In this document: one piece after another, positions 41,861-53,919 of the stretch
How positions within the stretch are numbered: the stretch's first letter is position 1
Layout of the letters: every line of letters starts with the position of its first letter
Assembly: GCA_977020255.1 (NCBI GenBank)
Contig: CDROCS010000122.1
Span: forward strand, 682,001-746,000
From: Obrimoposthia wandeli
Lineage: Eukaryota
Length of the DNA: 64,000 bases
Reading direction: 5' to 3'
Notes under the pieces: generated by a model
Databases searched by the model: none
Told to the model about the DNA's origin: nothing
The model's input: the letters and a program-made list of their open reading frames with translations, nothing else
Program-made: the position numbers and the translations under genes

Positions 41861-44227
41861 ATGTCATTAACCTCCCGCAGCTTACTAGCCACCATGATCA
41901 GTCTCGCGCTGTATGGTCCGGCTATGGCAAATGAACATAATAAATTAAGCGAAGATGTCAATGATGAGCTTGCTCTAGCCAGTGACAACGTGGATGAGAT
42001 CGAGTTAGTGCGTGGTATTTGTATTGCGCCTCAAGATCGCTCGACCGATCCCAACAATGACCCAATAAAAGTCACTGCCGATCACGCAGAAGCTCTCGAC
42101 AAAACAAAAGTCACTTACACGGGTGATGTCGTTGTACAGCAAGGTAACCGTACCATCGCGGCCGATCAGGCATCTCTTCGTCAGCCTGAAAATATTGTTG
42201 TGGCTGAAGGCAACGTCTATTTTCATGACGGTACGCTGGAAGTCGATTCTGAACGCTTACAAAGCGATCTCGATACCGAAGATTCAGAAATGGATCTCGC
42301 GGTGTATAACCTAACCTGTGAACCAGGACGCGGTGAAGCACGAAGAATTACCAAAACACACGCTCAAGGTACGCAATTTTATCGCATGAAAGATGGTACT
42401 TATACCACTTGTCCTGCTGAAGATAACAGTTGGCGCTTCTCTGCGACCACATTGGAGCGAGAAGGCGATTCACCTTTTGCTAATCTTTATAATGCCCGCT
42501 TTGAAGTGCTTGATGTACCCGTATTCTATTTGCCATATCTTCGTGTACCGGTCGGTAAAGAACGCTTAACAGGCTTCTTATACCCGTCGGTCAGTTATGG
42601 TTCTCGTGATGGTTTCGAGTTTGAAACACCATTTTATTGGAATATCGCTCCGAATTACGATTTAACCTTAACGCCAAAATACATGAGTAATCGTGGACTA
42701 CAGCTAAACTCTAATTTCCGTTATCTAACAGAATTTGGTCAAGGCTCATTAAAAAGCGAATATCTAGCCAACGATAAAGCAGCAGATAATGATGACTCTC
42801 GCTGGGCATTTAACTATTCACATAGTGGTACGTACAAAAGCCATTGGTTATTTGACGTTGATTACAGTAAAACCAGCGATTTCAGCTATTTTACAGATAT
42901 AGACTCAGATATTGGTAACCGTGAAGACAACAACTTATTGCAAACTGCTGAAGTGTCTTACCGCGAACAATATTGGGATTCAACGCTACGAGTACGTGAC
43001 TTCCAACCGTTGACCGAAACAGGTCAAGGTTCACAATACCGTTTAATGCCGCAGCTCGAGTTTAACTATTATCGCCCCAACCTGCCTTATGAGTTAGATT
43101 TCTCTATGGCGAGCAGCATCAGTAGCTTTGCCAACGATGCTTCAAATAAACCAGATGCGACTCGTGTTCACCTTGAACCAACATTAACCCTGCCATTTGC
43201 CACACCTTGGTGGTCGTTAACCTCAGAAGCAAAGTTACTTTATACTTATTACAACCAAGATCTTAAAAGCTACTCTCGTAATGGGATAGAAGAAACGGTA
43301 TCACGTACCATTCCTACGGCGCGCATTCACAGTGGCTTATACCTAGAACGTGACGCCTCTATCTGGGGGCAAAATTATACTCAAAGCTTAGAGCCTCAAA
43401 TTCAATATCTGTATGTACAAGATAAAGACCAAAGTGGCATTTACAATCCTGTTAATGATGACGGTGGAGGCTACGATAGTACCCGCTTACAACAAGATTA
43501 CTATGGTCTATTTAGTGATAAAACGTACAGTAGCGTCGATTACGTCGCCCCTGCTAATCAATTCACTCTTGGTGCATCAACACGCTATTTTGATGATAAC
43601 TTTAAGGAACGATTTACCCTGTCCTTAGGTCAAATCTTCTATATCGATAAGCCAACATTCGATGATGAAGTAGAAAGCTATTCAGCCACAGCCCTTGAAA
43701 CTGAGTTTAATTATGCCGACTGGCTCTTCTTGAAAGGCTCTATTCAATATGATGCCAGTGATAAAGAAGTGCAAATTGCCAACGGGGCGATTGAATACCG
43801 TGAAAATGGGGTATATATCCAACCCAATTACCGTTATGTCTCGAGTAGCTATTTAGATAAATACGTCACCAACCCCAACACTGAGAATGATGATGGCGAT
43901 CAAGATGGCATATCACAACTGGGGCTTTCGACCGGGTTCCCATTACACGGCGGGATCAGCGTACGTGCTGATTACTTCCATGATTTGAATGTAAACAAAA
44001 TGGTAGAAGGTCAGGTTGGTTTCACTTACCGTTCAGCTTGTTGGTTAATTGGTCTGACATATAACAAATATGCTTCAAGTTCATTAGGTTCAAGTAATAC
44101 CGAATACGATAATAACGTATCGCTGACCTTCAGCCTGCTTGGTTTACAAGGGGCGAAACCATTTGGGGCATCAAGTGATACCGGAAATGCGATGTCGTAC
44201 GGCAATTCATTTTCTTTAAATAATTAA
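41861..44227 (+). CDS. lptD: LPS assembly outer-membrane protein LptD
   Basis: OstA-like N-domain, YTTCP, LPYLRVP, YWNIAPNYD, beta-barrel; heads the surA-pdxA operon. Confidence 0.96.
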   Translation: MSLTSRSLLATMISLALYGPAMANEHNKLSEDVNDELALASDNVDEIELVRGICIAPQDRSTDPNNDPIKVTADHAEALDKTKVTYTGDVVVQQGNRTIAADQASLRQPENIVVAEGNVYFHDGTLEVDSERLQSDLDTEDSEMDLAVYNLTCEPGRGEARRITKTHAQGTQFYRMKDGTYTTCPAEDNSWRFSATTLEREGDSPFANLYNARFEVLDVPVFYLPYLRVPVGKERLTGFLYPSVSYGSRDGFEFETPFYWNIAPNYDLTLTPKYMSNRGLQLNSNFRYLTEFGQGSLKSEYLANDKAADNDDSRWAFNYSHSGTYKSHWLFDVDYSKTSDFSYFTDIDSDIGNREDNNLLQTAEVSYREQYWDSTLRVRDFQPLTETGQGSQYRLMPQLEFNYYRPNLPYELDFSMASSISSFANDASNKPDATRVHLEPTLTLPFATPWWSLTSEAKLLYTYYNQDLKSYSRNGIEETVSRTIPTARIHSGLYLERDASIWGQNYTQSLEPQIQYLYVQDKDQSGIYNPVNDDGGGYDSTRLQQDYYGLFSDKTYSSVDYVAPANQFTLGASTRYFDDNFKERFTLSLGQIFYIDKPTFDDEVESYSATALETEFNYADWLFLKGSIQYDASDKEVQIANGAIEYRENGVYIQPNYRYVSSSYLDKYVTNPNTENDDGDQDGISQLGLSTGFPLHGGISVRADYFHDLNVNKMVEGQVGFTYRSACWLIGLTYNKYASSSLGSSNTEYDNNVSLTFSLLGLQGAKPFGASSDTGNAMSYGNSFSLNN

Positions 44228-44273
44228 TTCAATTACGAACTGATTCGTAATTGCAAAAACAGATGGAACGTAG

Positions 44274-45578
44274 ATGAAAAAGTGGAAAACTTCTTTGCTA
44301 GGTATAGCAATCTGGAGCTTGGCGGCAAGCAGTATGGCAGCTCCCAAGGAACTTGATAAAGTCGTCACACTCGTCAATGACAGTGTGATCTTACAAAGTG
44401 ATGTCAATGCAATGCTGCAAACAGTGCGCATCAATGCAGCAGAGCAGAATCAGCCGCTACCCGATAATGCTTTGTTGACTGAACAGGTAATGGAAAAGCT
44501 GATCATTGAAACACTGCAACTGCAGCAAGCAGAACAATTTGGTATTCGTATTGACGATACCCGACTTGATCAAGCCGTCGCTGAAATTGCCAAAGAGCGT
44601 GAACTCACTATTCCTCAACTTCAGCAAGAGCTAGAGAAAAGTGGAATATCTTACTCTATCTTTCGCGAGCAAATGCGTCGTGATATGACCGCAAGTGAAG
44701 CACGTACTATTCAAGTGCGCCGTCGTATCAATATTTTACCGCAAGAAGTCGACATGCTGGCTGAGCAACTCAACAAGCAAACATTACAAACCGTTCAATT
44801 CAATGTTAGTCATATCCAATTACGAGTTGAAGACGGGGCAACAAAAGAGCAGCGCGAAGAAACTCAACAACAAGCACAAAAAATTGTTGATGAATTGAAA
44901 AATGGTGCCGACTTCGCCAACCTCGCTTACAGCTACTCTAAGGGTCCTAAAGCACTACAAGGTGGTGAATGGGGCTGGATGCGCCAAGAAGAAATGCCGA
45001 CCATTTTCGCTGACCAAATAAAATCAAATGGCAAAGGCGCGATTATTGGTCCATTCCGCAGCGGTGTTGGTTACCACATTATTAAAGTGAATGATGTGAA
45101 AGGATTAGAAACGGTTTCTGTTACCGAAGTCAATGCACGTCATATTCTAATCAAAACGTCGGTTATTTTAAGTGATGACGGGGCAAAACGTCAGTTAGAA
45201 AAAGCCCGCCAAGACATCTTAGCGGGCCGACAGACTTTTGCAGATGAAGCACAAAAATTAAGTTCAGATCCAGGCTCTGCCGCGAATGGTGGCGAACTAG
45301 GTTGGCAAACACCTGATCTATACGTACCTGAGTTTAAAGATAAAATTGAAACATTACCAAAAGGCACCATCAGCGAACCATTCAAAACAGTTCATGGTTG
45401 GCACATCGTAGAAGTGCTTGATCGCCGTAATGTCGATCGCACCGATGCAGCAGTAAAAAACCGCGCTTATCGCATTCTCTTTAGTCGTAAATTTAATGAA
45501 GAAGCGCAAGCATGGTTACAAGAATTACGCGCAGGTGCTTATATCGAACAACTAGGAACGAATGATGACCAAGGTTAA
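44274..45578 (+). CDS. surA: Periplasmic chaperone/PPIase SurA
   Basis: Signal peptide and two parvulin domains (GGEWGW, GGELGW). Confidence 0.97.
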   Translation: MKKWKTSLLGIAIWSLAASSMAAPKELDKVVTLVNDSVILQSDVNAMLQTVRINAAEQNQPLPDNALLTEQVMEKLIIETLQLQQAEQFGIRIDDTRLDQAVAEIAKERELTIPQLQQELEKSGISYSIFREQMRRDMTASEARTIQVRRRINILPQEVDMLAEQLNKQTLQTVQFNVSHIQLRVEDGATKEQREETQQQAQKIVDELKNGADFANLAYSYSKGPKALQGGEWGWMRQEEMPTIFADQIKSNGKGAIIGPFRSGVGYHIIKVNDVKGLETVSVTEVNARHILIKTSVILSDDGAKRQLEKARQDILAGRQTFADEAQKLSSDPGSAANGGELGWQTPDLYVPEFKDKIETLPKGTISEPFKTVHGWHIVEVLDRRNVDRTDAAVKNRAYRILFSRKFNEEAQAWLQELRAGAYIEQLGTNDDQG

Positions 45579-46557
45579 ACGCATTGTTATTACCCCTGGC
45601 GAACCCGCTGGAATTGGTCCAGATTTAATCCTCGCATTAGCCCAACATGCTTGGTCACACGAGCTTGTTATTTGTGCTAACGCTCAGCTTATGGTAGAAC
45701 GTGCAGCTCAATTGGGATTACCGTTAGAAGTGAAGCACTACGATGCCACACTTCCAGCGCAGCCACATCAGGCTGGTACTTTGGTTGTCGCTAATCACGA
45801 ATTAAACGCACCCGTTATTACTGGTGAGTTAAATGAACAAAATGGTCACTACGTACTGCAAACATTAGAGCATGCCGCACAAGGTTGTTTAAGTGGTGAA
45901 TTTGCAGCACTAGTAACCGGACCGGTTCATAAAGGAGTGATTAACCGCGCAGGGGTATCTTTTAGTGGTCACACTGAATTTTTCGCTCAACAAGCGAAAA
46001 CTCCGCAAGTTGTTATGATGTTAGCAACAGAAGGATTACGTGTCGCATTAGTGACAACGCATATTCCTTTGGCGTATGTATCTCAAGCGGTAACAGAAGA
46101 TCGTTTACAACAAGTAATCCGAATTTTGCATGCAGATTTAATCAGTAAGTTTGGGATCGAGAATCCAACAATTTACGTTTGTGGCTTAAATCCACATGCG
46201 GGTGAAGATGGATGTTTAGGGCGGGAAGAAATCGAAGTGATTACTCCGGCTCTCGATAAACTTCGCCAACAAGAAGGCATGAATCTAGTAGGTCCATTAC
46301 CTGCAGATACAATCTTCAATGAAAAATATTTAGCCGATGCAGATGCTGTATTAGCTATGTATCACGATCAAGGGCTACCAGTGCTGAAATATAAAGGCTT
46401 TGGTAAAGCGGTCAACATTACGCTAGGTCTGCCCTTCATCAGAACGTCAGTAGATCATGGTACCGCACTGGAACTCGCAGGTACTGGACAGGCGGATATC
46501 GGTAGCCTTTGGACAGCGCTATCGCACGCCCTCGAATTGGTAGAAAAACAAGCATGA
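45562..46557 (+). CDS. pdxA: 4-hydroxythreonine-4-phosphate dehydrogenase
   Basis: [20 protein letters not shown] and RTSVDHGTA. Confidence 0.97.
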   Translation: MMTKVKRIVITPGEPAGIGPDLILALAQHAWSHELVICANAQLMVERAAQLGLPLEVKHYDATLPAQPHQAGTLVVANHELNAPVITGELNEQNGHYVLQTLEHAAQGCLSGEFAALVTGPVHKGVINRAGVSFSGHTEFFAQQAKTPQVVMMLATEGLRVALVTTHIPLAYVSQAVTEDRLQQVIRILHADLISKFGIENPTIYVCGLNPHAGEDGCLGREEIEVITPALDKLRQQEGMNLVGPLPADTIFNEKYLADADAVLAMYHDQGLPVLKYKGFGKAVNITLGLPFIRTSVDHGTALELAGTGQADIGSLWTALSHALELVEKQA

Positions 46558-47369
46558 GCAGCGATCAAGTCCACCTAGGTCACCGCGCCCGTAAGCGCTT
46601 TGGCCAGAATTTTTTGAATGACCCATACATCATTGACGGTATTGTATCGTCGATCAACCCGCTACCAGGTCAAAACCTAGTAGAGATAGGCCCAGGCCTT
46701 GGTGCTCTTACTGAACCCGTTGGTAAGCTTGTAGATAAGTTCTCAGTTATTGAGCTCGATCGCGACCTTGCTAAGCGTTTACGTCATCATCCAGATTTGG
46801 CTGATAAGTTAACGATTTATGAAGGCGATGCAATGCGCTTCGACTTCACGCAACTTATTAAACCAAATAATAAATTGCGTATTTTTGGTAATTTACCTTA
46901 CAACATTTCAACACCGTTGATGTTCCACATTTTTACTTTCCACGAACATGTGGAAGATATGCACTTTATGTTGCAAAAAGAAGTGGTGAACCGTCTGGCT
47001 GCGGGTCCTGGCTGTAAAGCCTATGGACGCTTAACGGTAATGGCACAGTACTACAGCCGAGTAACACCGGTATTAGAAGTACCGCCAGAATCATTTACAC
47101 CAGCACCAAAAGTGGATTCTGCTGTTGTTCGTTTAACGCCATATGAAGTATTACCACATCCATGTACTAACCTTAAGTGGCTAGACCGTGTTTGTCGTGA
47201 AGGCTTTAATCAGCGTCGTAAAACGATTCGTAACTGCTACAAAGCACTATTAACCGTTGAACAGTTAGAGCACTTAGGCGTAAACCCTGGACTACGTCCA
47301 GAGAATATTACTCTTCAACAGTTTGTTAAGATGGCAAACTGGTTAGATGCGAACCACCAAAACGAATAA
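46554..47369 (+). CDS. rsmA: 16S rRNA m6,2A dimethyltransferase RsmA (KsgA)
   Basis: [15 protein letters not shown] and GNLPYNIS; start set at the ATGA overlap with pdxA (46554). Confidence 0.97.
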   Translation: MSSDQVHLGHRARKRFGQNFLNDPYIIDGIVSSINPLPGQNLVEIGPGLGALTEPVGKLVDKFSVIELDRDLAKRLRHHPDLADKLTIYEGDAMRFDFTQLIKPNNKLRIFGNLPYNISTPLMFHIFTFHEHVEDMHFMLQKEVVNRLAAGPGCKAYGRLTVMAQYYSRVTPVLEVPPESFTPAPKVDSAVVRLTPYEVLPHPCTNLKWLDRVCREGFNQRRKTIRNCYKALLTVEQLEHLGVNPGLRPENITLQQFVKMANWLDANHQNE

Positions 47370-47519
47370 AGCGACGAGGGAAAGTATCATGCACTCAGCG
47401 ATACATTTTACGATTCCTCGACTCTGCGCTATTTAGCTCAGTTTTCTGTATTTGCAGATACTGTTCTAAATAGCTATGAGATAAATCGTCACCTCCGCCA
47501 GAAGAAAGGAAGCATTATC

Positions 47520-47903
47520 TTGAGCGCGAATTCCCCCCCAACAATTAAATGCAACGTCGTTACTCATTATATTGAGGAACAGTCTGAACCTGACAATCAG
47601 CGTTATGTTTTCTCATATACCATTACAATTAGAAACCTAGGGAAAGGTTCTGCCAAATTATTACGTCGTTATTGGCTAATAACCGATGCAAATGGGAAAC
47701 GGCTCGTGATTGAAGGTGAAGGTGTGGTTGGTGACCAACCAGAAATAAAGATGAACGAAGAATATACTTACACCAGCGGTACGATCATTGAAACGCCACT
47801 CGGCGTCATGCAAGGTCACTACCTCATGGGCATTGAAGATGGCGAAACTTTTAAAGCTGAAGTGTCTCCGTTTAGGTTAGCAATACCCAATATTCTCCAT
47901 TAA
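47520..47903 (+). CDS. apaG: ApaG protein
   Basis: [19 protein letters not shown] and GEGVVG; TTG start. Confidence 0.95.
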   Translation: MSANSPPTIKCNVVTHYIEEQSEPDNQRYVFSYTITIRNLGKGSAKLLRRYWLITDANGKRLVIEGEGVVGDQPEIKMNEEYTYTSGTIIETPLGVMQGHYLMGIEDGETFKAEVSPFRLAIPNILH

Positions 47904-47911
47904 GGAATTGT

Positions 47912-48733
47912 ATGGCAACCTACCTTGTCGGTGATATCCAAGGTTGTTTAGATGATCTTCTCTATCTTCTTGAACAAGCTCACTTTAACCCTAAACATGA
48001 TGAATTATGGTTGGCTGGCGACCTCGTCGCGAGGGGACCCAAATCACTAGAAACGTTACGTTTTGTAAAAGGTTTAGGTCGTTCCGCTACCATTGTTCTG
48101 GGCAACCATGATCTGCATTTATTAGCGACGGCTAATGGTATTACCAAACCTAAAAAGAAAGATAAAATTCAAGCCATTTTAGACGCACCAGACTCAGTAG
48201 AACTGCTTGAATGGCTGCGTAAACAACCCCTTTTCGCCAGTCACCCAACACTACCATTTGCCATGTCACATGCGGGTATTCCACCTCAATGGAACTTATC
48301 GCAAACGCAACAATACGCCCGTGAAGTTGAAATCTATTTACAATCCGATGACTACCTTTGGCTGCTAAAAAATATGTATGGCAGTGGTCCCGATTTTTGG
48401 TCTAACGAACTCATTGGTATTGAACGATACCGTTTTACGATTAACGCCCTTACTCGGATGCGCTTTTGCTACCCTGACGGGCGATTAGATATGGCGTGTA
48501 AGTTATCCCCTAACGATCCTGACGTGGGCGAACTTGTGCCTTGGTTTGATCTTCCACGTCACCAGGTATTAGATAAAAAAATAATTTTTGGTCATTGGGC
48601 GGCATTATGTGGCCATGAAGATGAGAAAGTCATTGGGCTCGATACGGGGTGTGTCTGGGGAAATAGCATGACATTGTTACGTTGGGAAGATAATGCTCGC
48701 TTTGAAAAAGCGTGTCCAGTCCATGCGAATTAA
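47912..48733 (+). CDS. apaH: Symmetrical diadenosine tetraphosphatase
   Basis: GDIQGC, GDLVARGP, LGNHD, FGHWAAL and LDTGCVWG. Confidence 0.97.
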   Translation: MATYLVGDIQGCLDDLLYLLEQAHFNPKHDELWLAGDLVARGPKSLETLRFVKGLGRSATIVLGNHDLHLLATANGITKPKKKDKIQAILDAPDSVELLEWLRKQPLFASHPTLPFAMSHAGIPPQWNLSQTQQYAREVEIYLQSDDYLWLLKNMYGSGPDFWSNELIGIERYRFTINALTRMRFCYPDGRLDMACKLSPNDPDVGELVPWFDLPRHQVLDKKIIFGHWAALCGHEDEKVIGLDTGCVWGNSMTLLRWEDNARFEKACPVHAN

Positions 48734-48809
48734 GCGACGCGATAACGTTATTATCCAATGAGATAACTAGCTGTCAGTTTCATATTAAATACCACTGACA
48801 GCTAATACT

Positions 48810-49304
48810 TTAAGTCAAATCAGTATTACGATCTAAAACCACAAATTGCATATCATGCGCGTTCTTTTCATCAGCAGAATAGTGCTCAGTATGACTTTTA
48901 ATCCAATCATCTCCCCAATCAGGAAAGCAGGTATCACCATCAACATCAAGATCGATAAACGTTAAATAAAGGCGATCAGCACTTGGTAAGCACGCCTCAT
49001 AAATACTGCCGCCACCAATGACCATTAACTCTTCAATATCGCCAGCAACATGCTTTGCCGCTTCTATATCAGCAACAACCGTAATACCTTCGACGCTAAA
49101 CGCAGGGTTGCGACTAATTACAATATTAAGTCGACCAGGTAATGGGCGACCAATTGATTCAAACGTTTTACGCCCCATCACTATTGGCTTACCCAAGGTA
49201 GATTTCTTAAACCATGCAAAATCTGCAGGTAAATGCCATGGCATCGCATTATCCTTACCAATAACTCGATTTTTAGCCATTGCCGCGATCATACTGATCT
49301 TCAC
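48810..49304 (-). CDS. folA: Dihydrofolate reductase
   Basis: IGKDNAMPWHLPAD, MGRKTFESIG.PLPGR and VIGGG. Confidence 0.98.
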   Translation of the reverse strand: MKISMIAAMAKNRVIGKDNAMPWHLPADFAWFKKSTLGKPIVMGRKTFESIGRPLPGRLNIVISRNPAFSVEGITVVADIEAAKHVAGDIEELMVIGGGSIYEACLPSADRLYLTFIDLDVDGDTCFPDWGDDWIKSHTEHYSADEKNAHDMQFVVLDRNTDLT

Positions 49305-49338
49305 TTTCTATCTCCTTAAGTAATACCCATAGATAAAT

Positions 49339-49812
49339 TTATACTACTGATCGGCGACGATAAAACAATAGCCCAGGCATTGCCAGTCCAATAGCCAAAG
49401 CTGCCACAATAAATACAGCCTTCAGAACGTTTTCTATCATCAAGCCCCATAATTCGACGCTATAACCACTATGATTAATTTCAACCAATGCAATCATCGC
49501 TTTAAACGCAAACACACCAGGTACCATAGGGATCATTGCAGCGACGGTAAAGACTTTTGGATGGGCAAGAAAACGATGTGACCAATGCACACCAATCATA
49601 CCGACTAACGTTGCGGCACCTAACGTTGCCCATTCAATCGGTACACCCCAGTGCAACAATATAAAGCGACAGCCATGGCCTAACGCCCCACCAATCGCAC
49701 AATACTTTAAGGCTTTTTGAGGTACATTAAATACCAGCGCAAAACCAACCGCTGGGATCATCGAGAAAAACATATCGTTGAGTAATGCCATAAAAAAATC
49801 AAGATAGATCAT
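49339..49812 (-). CDS. yjjB: ThrE-family exporter small subunit (YjjB)
   Basis: IPAVGFALVFN and IPMVPGV; start set at 49812 (ATGA overlap with yjjP). Confidence 0.88.
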   Translation of the reverse strand: MIYLDFFMALLNDMFFSMIPAVGFALVFNVPQKALKYCAIGGALGHGCRFILLHWGVPIEWATLGAATLVGMIGVHWSHRFLAHPKVFTVAAMIPMVPGVFAFKAMIALVEINHSGYSVELWGLMIENVLKAVFIVAALAIGLAMPGLLFYRRRSVV

Positions 49813-50600
49813 GACAACCACCCCCATACACCGAGTACATTCATCGCTGCAACAATCCCCATACTGGTCGATAATGTTAACAAGGTCGCCATGGTCCAAC
49901 GAGCAATCCCCATGTTCAAATACCCCTTCACCATATCAGAAATGGCATTAATTAAAGGGAATCCTGGTACGAGCATTAATACTGATGACGCCATGGCTAA
50001 AAAGGGAGTTTCACCAATTTGGTATACCTGACCTAAGCCCGAGATCAACGTCGTCACAAAAGCTGTAACACCAAAATTAACGAGCGGATTAAAATGACAA
50101 TGAGCAATTTCTTGTCGCACAAACATGCCCACAGAAGAAGCAATAAACGTCAGAAAGAATACTGGCCAATCACCACCAGCTAATCGGCTAAATGAAGCAC
50201 AAGATAAGCCGATCATCACAATCACGAGGAAACGGTTATACCGCAGAGGTTTGATCTTTTCTAAACGATGATGCACGCTGTCTATATCTAATAACCCCCG
50301 CTCAGCCATAATGCACACTCGCTGGATCTCGGTTACGACTTGCATGTTGATCCCTCGATCTTGGCAACGACGGGTCGTTGTAATACAACGACCATGATTC
50401 AAGGTGGTGATGACCATAGAGCTTGCAGACAGCGACACCTCAACACTCTCAACGCCTAATGCGACACCTAAGCGGCAAGTTACATCAGTGACTAACGTGC
50501 TTTCAGCACCGTGCTGGAGTAGCCTCTGCCCTGCAGCCACAGCCAATCGTGATACTTCTCTTTGCTCAGGCTCTGATAACCGCCTCAATCCCGTTGTCAT
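49809..50600 (-). CDS. yjjP: ThrE-family exporter large subunit (YjjP)
   Basis: LQHGAES, LVPGFPLINA; start set at ATG 50600 (SD GAAGGG). Confidence 0.88.
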   Translation of the reverse strand: MTTGLRRLSEPEQREVSRLAVAAGQRLLQHGAESTLVTDVTCRLGVALGVESVEVSLSASSMVITTLNHGRCITTTRRCQDRGINMQVVTEIQRVCIMAERGLLDIDSVHHRLEKIKPLRYNRFLVIVMIGLSCASFSRLAGGDWPVFFLTFIASSVGMFVRQEIAHCHFNPLVNFGVTAFVTTLISGLGQVYQIGETPFLAMASSVLMLVPGFPLINAISDMVKGYLNMGIARWTMATLLTLSTSMGIVAAMNVLGVWGWLS

Positions 50601-50720
50601 GCTATTCCCTTCGTTCATTAATTACTGCTGCTATATAGTGACTCATCAATCACATTCTACTTAAAGTATCATTAAGGATAATTATCAGACAAATCAATTA
50701 TTGCCTTGTTGATTAGACAC

Positions 50721-50747
50721 AAAAAAGCCGCTCATAAGAGCGGCTTT
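50721..50747 (-). terminator. obgE operon terminator
   Basis: AAAAAAGCCGCTC-ATAA-GAGCGGCTTT. Confidence 0.88.
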
Positions 50748-50787
50748 CATTAAGATAATCAGTGTAGGCTATTGTGATAGCCAATAA

Positions 50788-52023
<1,236 letters not shown>

Positions 52024-52027
52024 TTAA

Positions 52028-52987
52028 TCAGATTGTATTAACCATTGTAATGGACCTTGGCAATTTGTGCTGGCGAATAATTTTATGGCCAATTGCACAG
52101 AATATGGCACTGCTCACCACAACCATTGCACCGAGATACCCTAAATAATTAAGGTCTGCAGCAACAAAAAATTGTGGCCAAATCAAACTAGCAAGGTCTA
52201 CAAATAATATCGTAAACAAGGGAGCAAGGGTAATAACCGCACTCACTTGTGAAGCTTGCCAACGTGCCATTGCTTCAGCAAATGCACCGTATCCTACAAG
52301 CGTATTAATACAGCAGAACATCAACATGCCCAACTGTCTCGAATCCATTAATAAAAGCTGCTCTGGTTGAGCCATCGGCGTAAGCATTAATGCACAGATC
52401 ACATAGATCATTAGTAAGATCTGAGGTGAACTGAACTGCTTAAGCAAGCACTTTTGTGCCAGCGCATACACAACCCAAACTAAAGCGGCGACAACTGCTA
52501 ATAATACGCCAAGCGTATACCCTGTAAAACTCGTTAATAAATCAACTAGCTTTTCATTAAAAAACAGGAGCAAACCGAACACCAGGCATGACACACCAAT
52601 AATTTGGTGCAAACCTAACTTTTCCTTAAACAGCCATACACTCGACAATAACAAAATGACGGGAGCTAACTGAATAATGACCTGAACCACTGAAGGGTCT
52701 AGGAATTTTAATGCACTGTTATACAGTACAAAATTACCAGCAAGACCAATACTGCCCAGCAATAACAGACCGATGTCTGGAAGCCTAGCAGATTTAACTT
52801 GAGGTAATTGCTTTCGCCAAAATAACCAAGCACCTAAACCAATAGAAGCAGTTACAAAGCGAAACCAAACGATGGTAAAAGGATCCATCACTTCTACAGC
52901 TTGTTTCATGGCAATGGGCAAAGCCCCCCAAAAAACAGCCGTCGTCAGTGCTAAAGCCATACCAGCTGCAGGGTTATAAGTAGACAT
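52028..52987 (-). CDS. yhbE: DMT/EamA-family transporter YhbE
   Basis: Ten-TM EamA repeats, ALTTAVFWGALPIA; between rpmA and obgE as in E. coli. Confidence 0.9.
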   Translation of the reverse strand: MSTYNPAAGMALALTTAVFWGALPIAMKQAVEVMDPFTIVWFRFVTASIGLGAWLFWRKQLPQVKSARLPDIGLLLLGSIGLAGNFVLYNSALKFLDPSVVQVIIQLAPVILLLSSVWLFKEKLGLHQIIGVSCLVFGLLLFFNEKLVDLLTSFTGYTLGVLLAVVAALVWVVYALAQKCLLKQFSSPQILLMIYVICALMLTPMAQPEQLLLMDSRQLGMLMFCCINTLVGYGAFAEAMARWQASQVSAVITLAPLFTILFVDLASLIWPQFFVAADLNYLGYLGAMVVVSSAIFCAIGHKIIRQHKLPRSITMVNTI

Positions 52988-53002
52988 AAACCCTCCATAA
53001 AT

Positions 53003-53030
53003 AAAAAGCCCCGCCAGTAGGCAGGGCTTT
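53003..53030 (-). terminator. rplU-rpmA terminator
   Basis: AAAAAGCCCCGCC-AGTA-GGCAGGGCTTT. Confidence 0.85.
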
Positions 53031-53051
53031 AAGATTCGTTACGAAGCTAAA

Positions 53052-53309
53052 TTAAGCAGCTTCGATAGTTACGAATTTGCGGTTTTTAGGACCTTTAACT
53101 TCGAACTTAACTTTACCGTCAGTAAGTGCGAATAGTGTGTGGTCTTTACCCAAACCAACGTTAGTGCCTGCGTGGAACTTAGTACCACGTTGACGAACGA
53201 TGATGTTACCTGCAAGAACAGATTCACCACCGAAGCGCTTAACACCTAGACGTTTACTTTCTGAATCGCGGCCGTTATTAGTAGAACCGCCAGCTTTTTT
53301 GTGTGCCAT
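53052..53309 (-). CDS. rpmA: 50S ribosomal protein L27
   Basis: MAHKKAGGS...[10 protein letters not shown]. Confidence 0.99.
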   Translation of the reverse strand: MAHKKAGGSTNNGRDSESKRLGVKRFGGESVLAGNIIVRQRGTKFHAGTNVGLGKDHTLFALTDGKVKFEVKGPKNRKFVTIEAA

Positions 53310-53328
53310 CTTTAAATTCTCCTAGTTA

Positions 53329-53640
53329 TTAAGCGCTGATGCCAGTGATTTTGACTTCAGTGAACCACTGACGGTGGCCCATTTGCTTACGAGAATGCTT
53401 ACGACGACGGAACTTAACGACTTTAATCTTATCGCCACGACCGTGCGTTACAACTTCAGCAGTCACTTTACCACCAGTTACGAATGGTGCACCAACTGTT
53501 ATTTCTTCACCGTTAGCAACTAAAAGAACGCAATCAAACTCAACGTTTGCGCCAGTTTCAGCTTCTAGTTTTTCCAAGCGTAAGGTTTGACCTTCGCTTA
53601 CTCGGTGTTGCTTACCACCACTTTGGAAAACAGCGTACAT
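53329..53640 (-). CDS. rplU: 50S ribosomal protein L21
   Basis: [14 protein letters not shown]...GHRQWFT. Confidence 0.99.
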   Translation of the reverse strand: MYAVFQSGGKQHRVSEGQTLRLEKLEAETGANVEFDCVLLVANGEEITVGAPFVTGGKVTAEVVTHGRGDKIKVVKFRRRKHSRKQMGHRQWFTEVKITGISA

Positions 53641-53728
53641 GTCTTACTCCGCTTCTCCGCATAGGCCATTTGCCACGTAAATTTTGGGCAATGGGTATGC
53701 GCTTAATCTTGTCATCAATAGGGCGCGA

Positions 53729-53757
53729 ATGTTACGTGAAAATGGCGCTTCTGGCAA
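53729..53757 (-). promoter_or_regulatory. rplU promoter with GC-rich discriminator
   Basis: TTGCCA-N17-TAACAT followed by TCGCGCCC. Confidence 0.7.
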
Positions 53758-53919
53758 CCCATTAAAGAAAGAAAATTGGTGAAAAGGTGTTCAATAATTT
53801 AAGCCGTCTCATTATGCTTAATCGGGATTATGAATAAAGATATAATTTAGTGTAAGATTCCATAACTGTTATTGAATAATTCTCCGCCTTAAGCGGCCAA
53901 CAATTTTGCTGGATGTATA

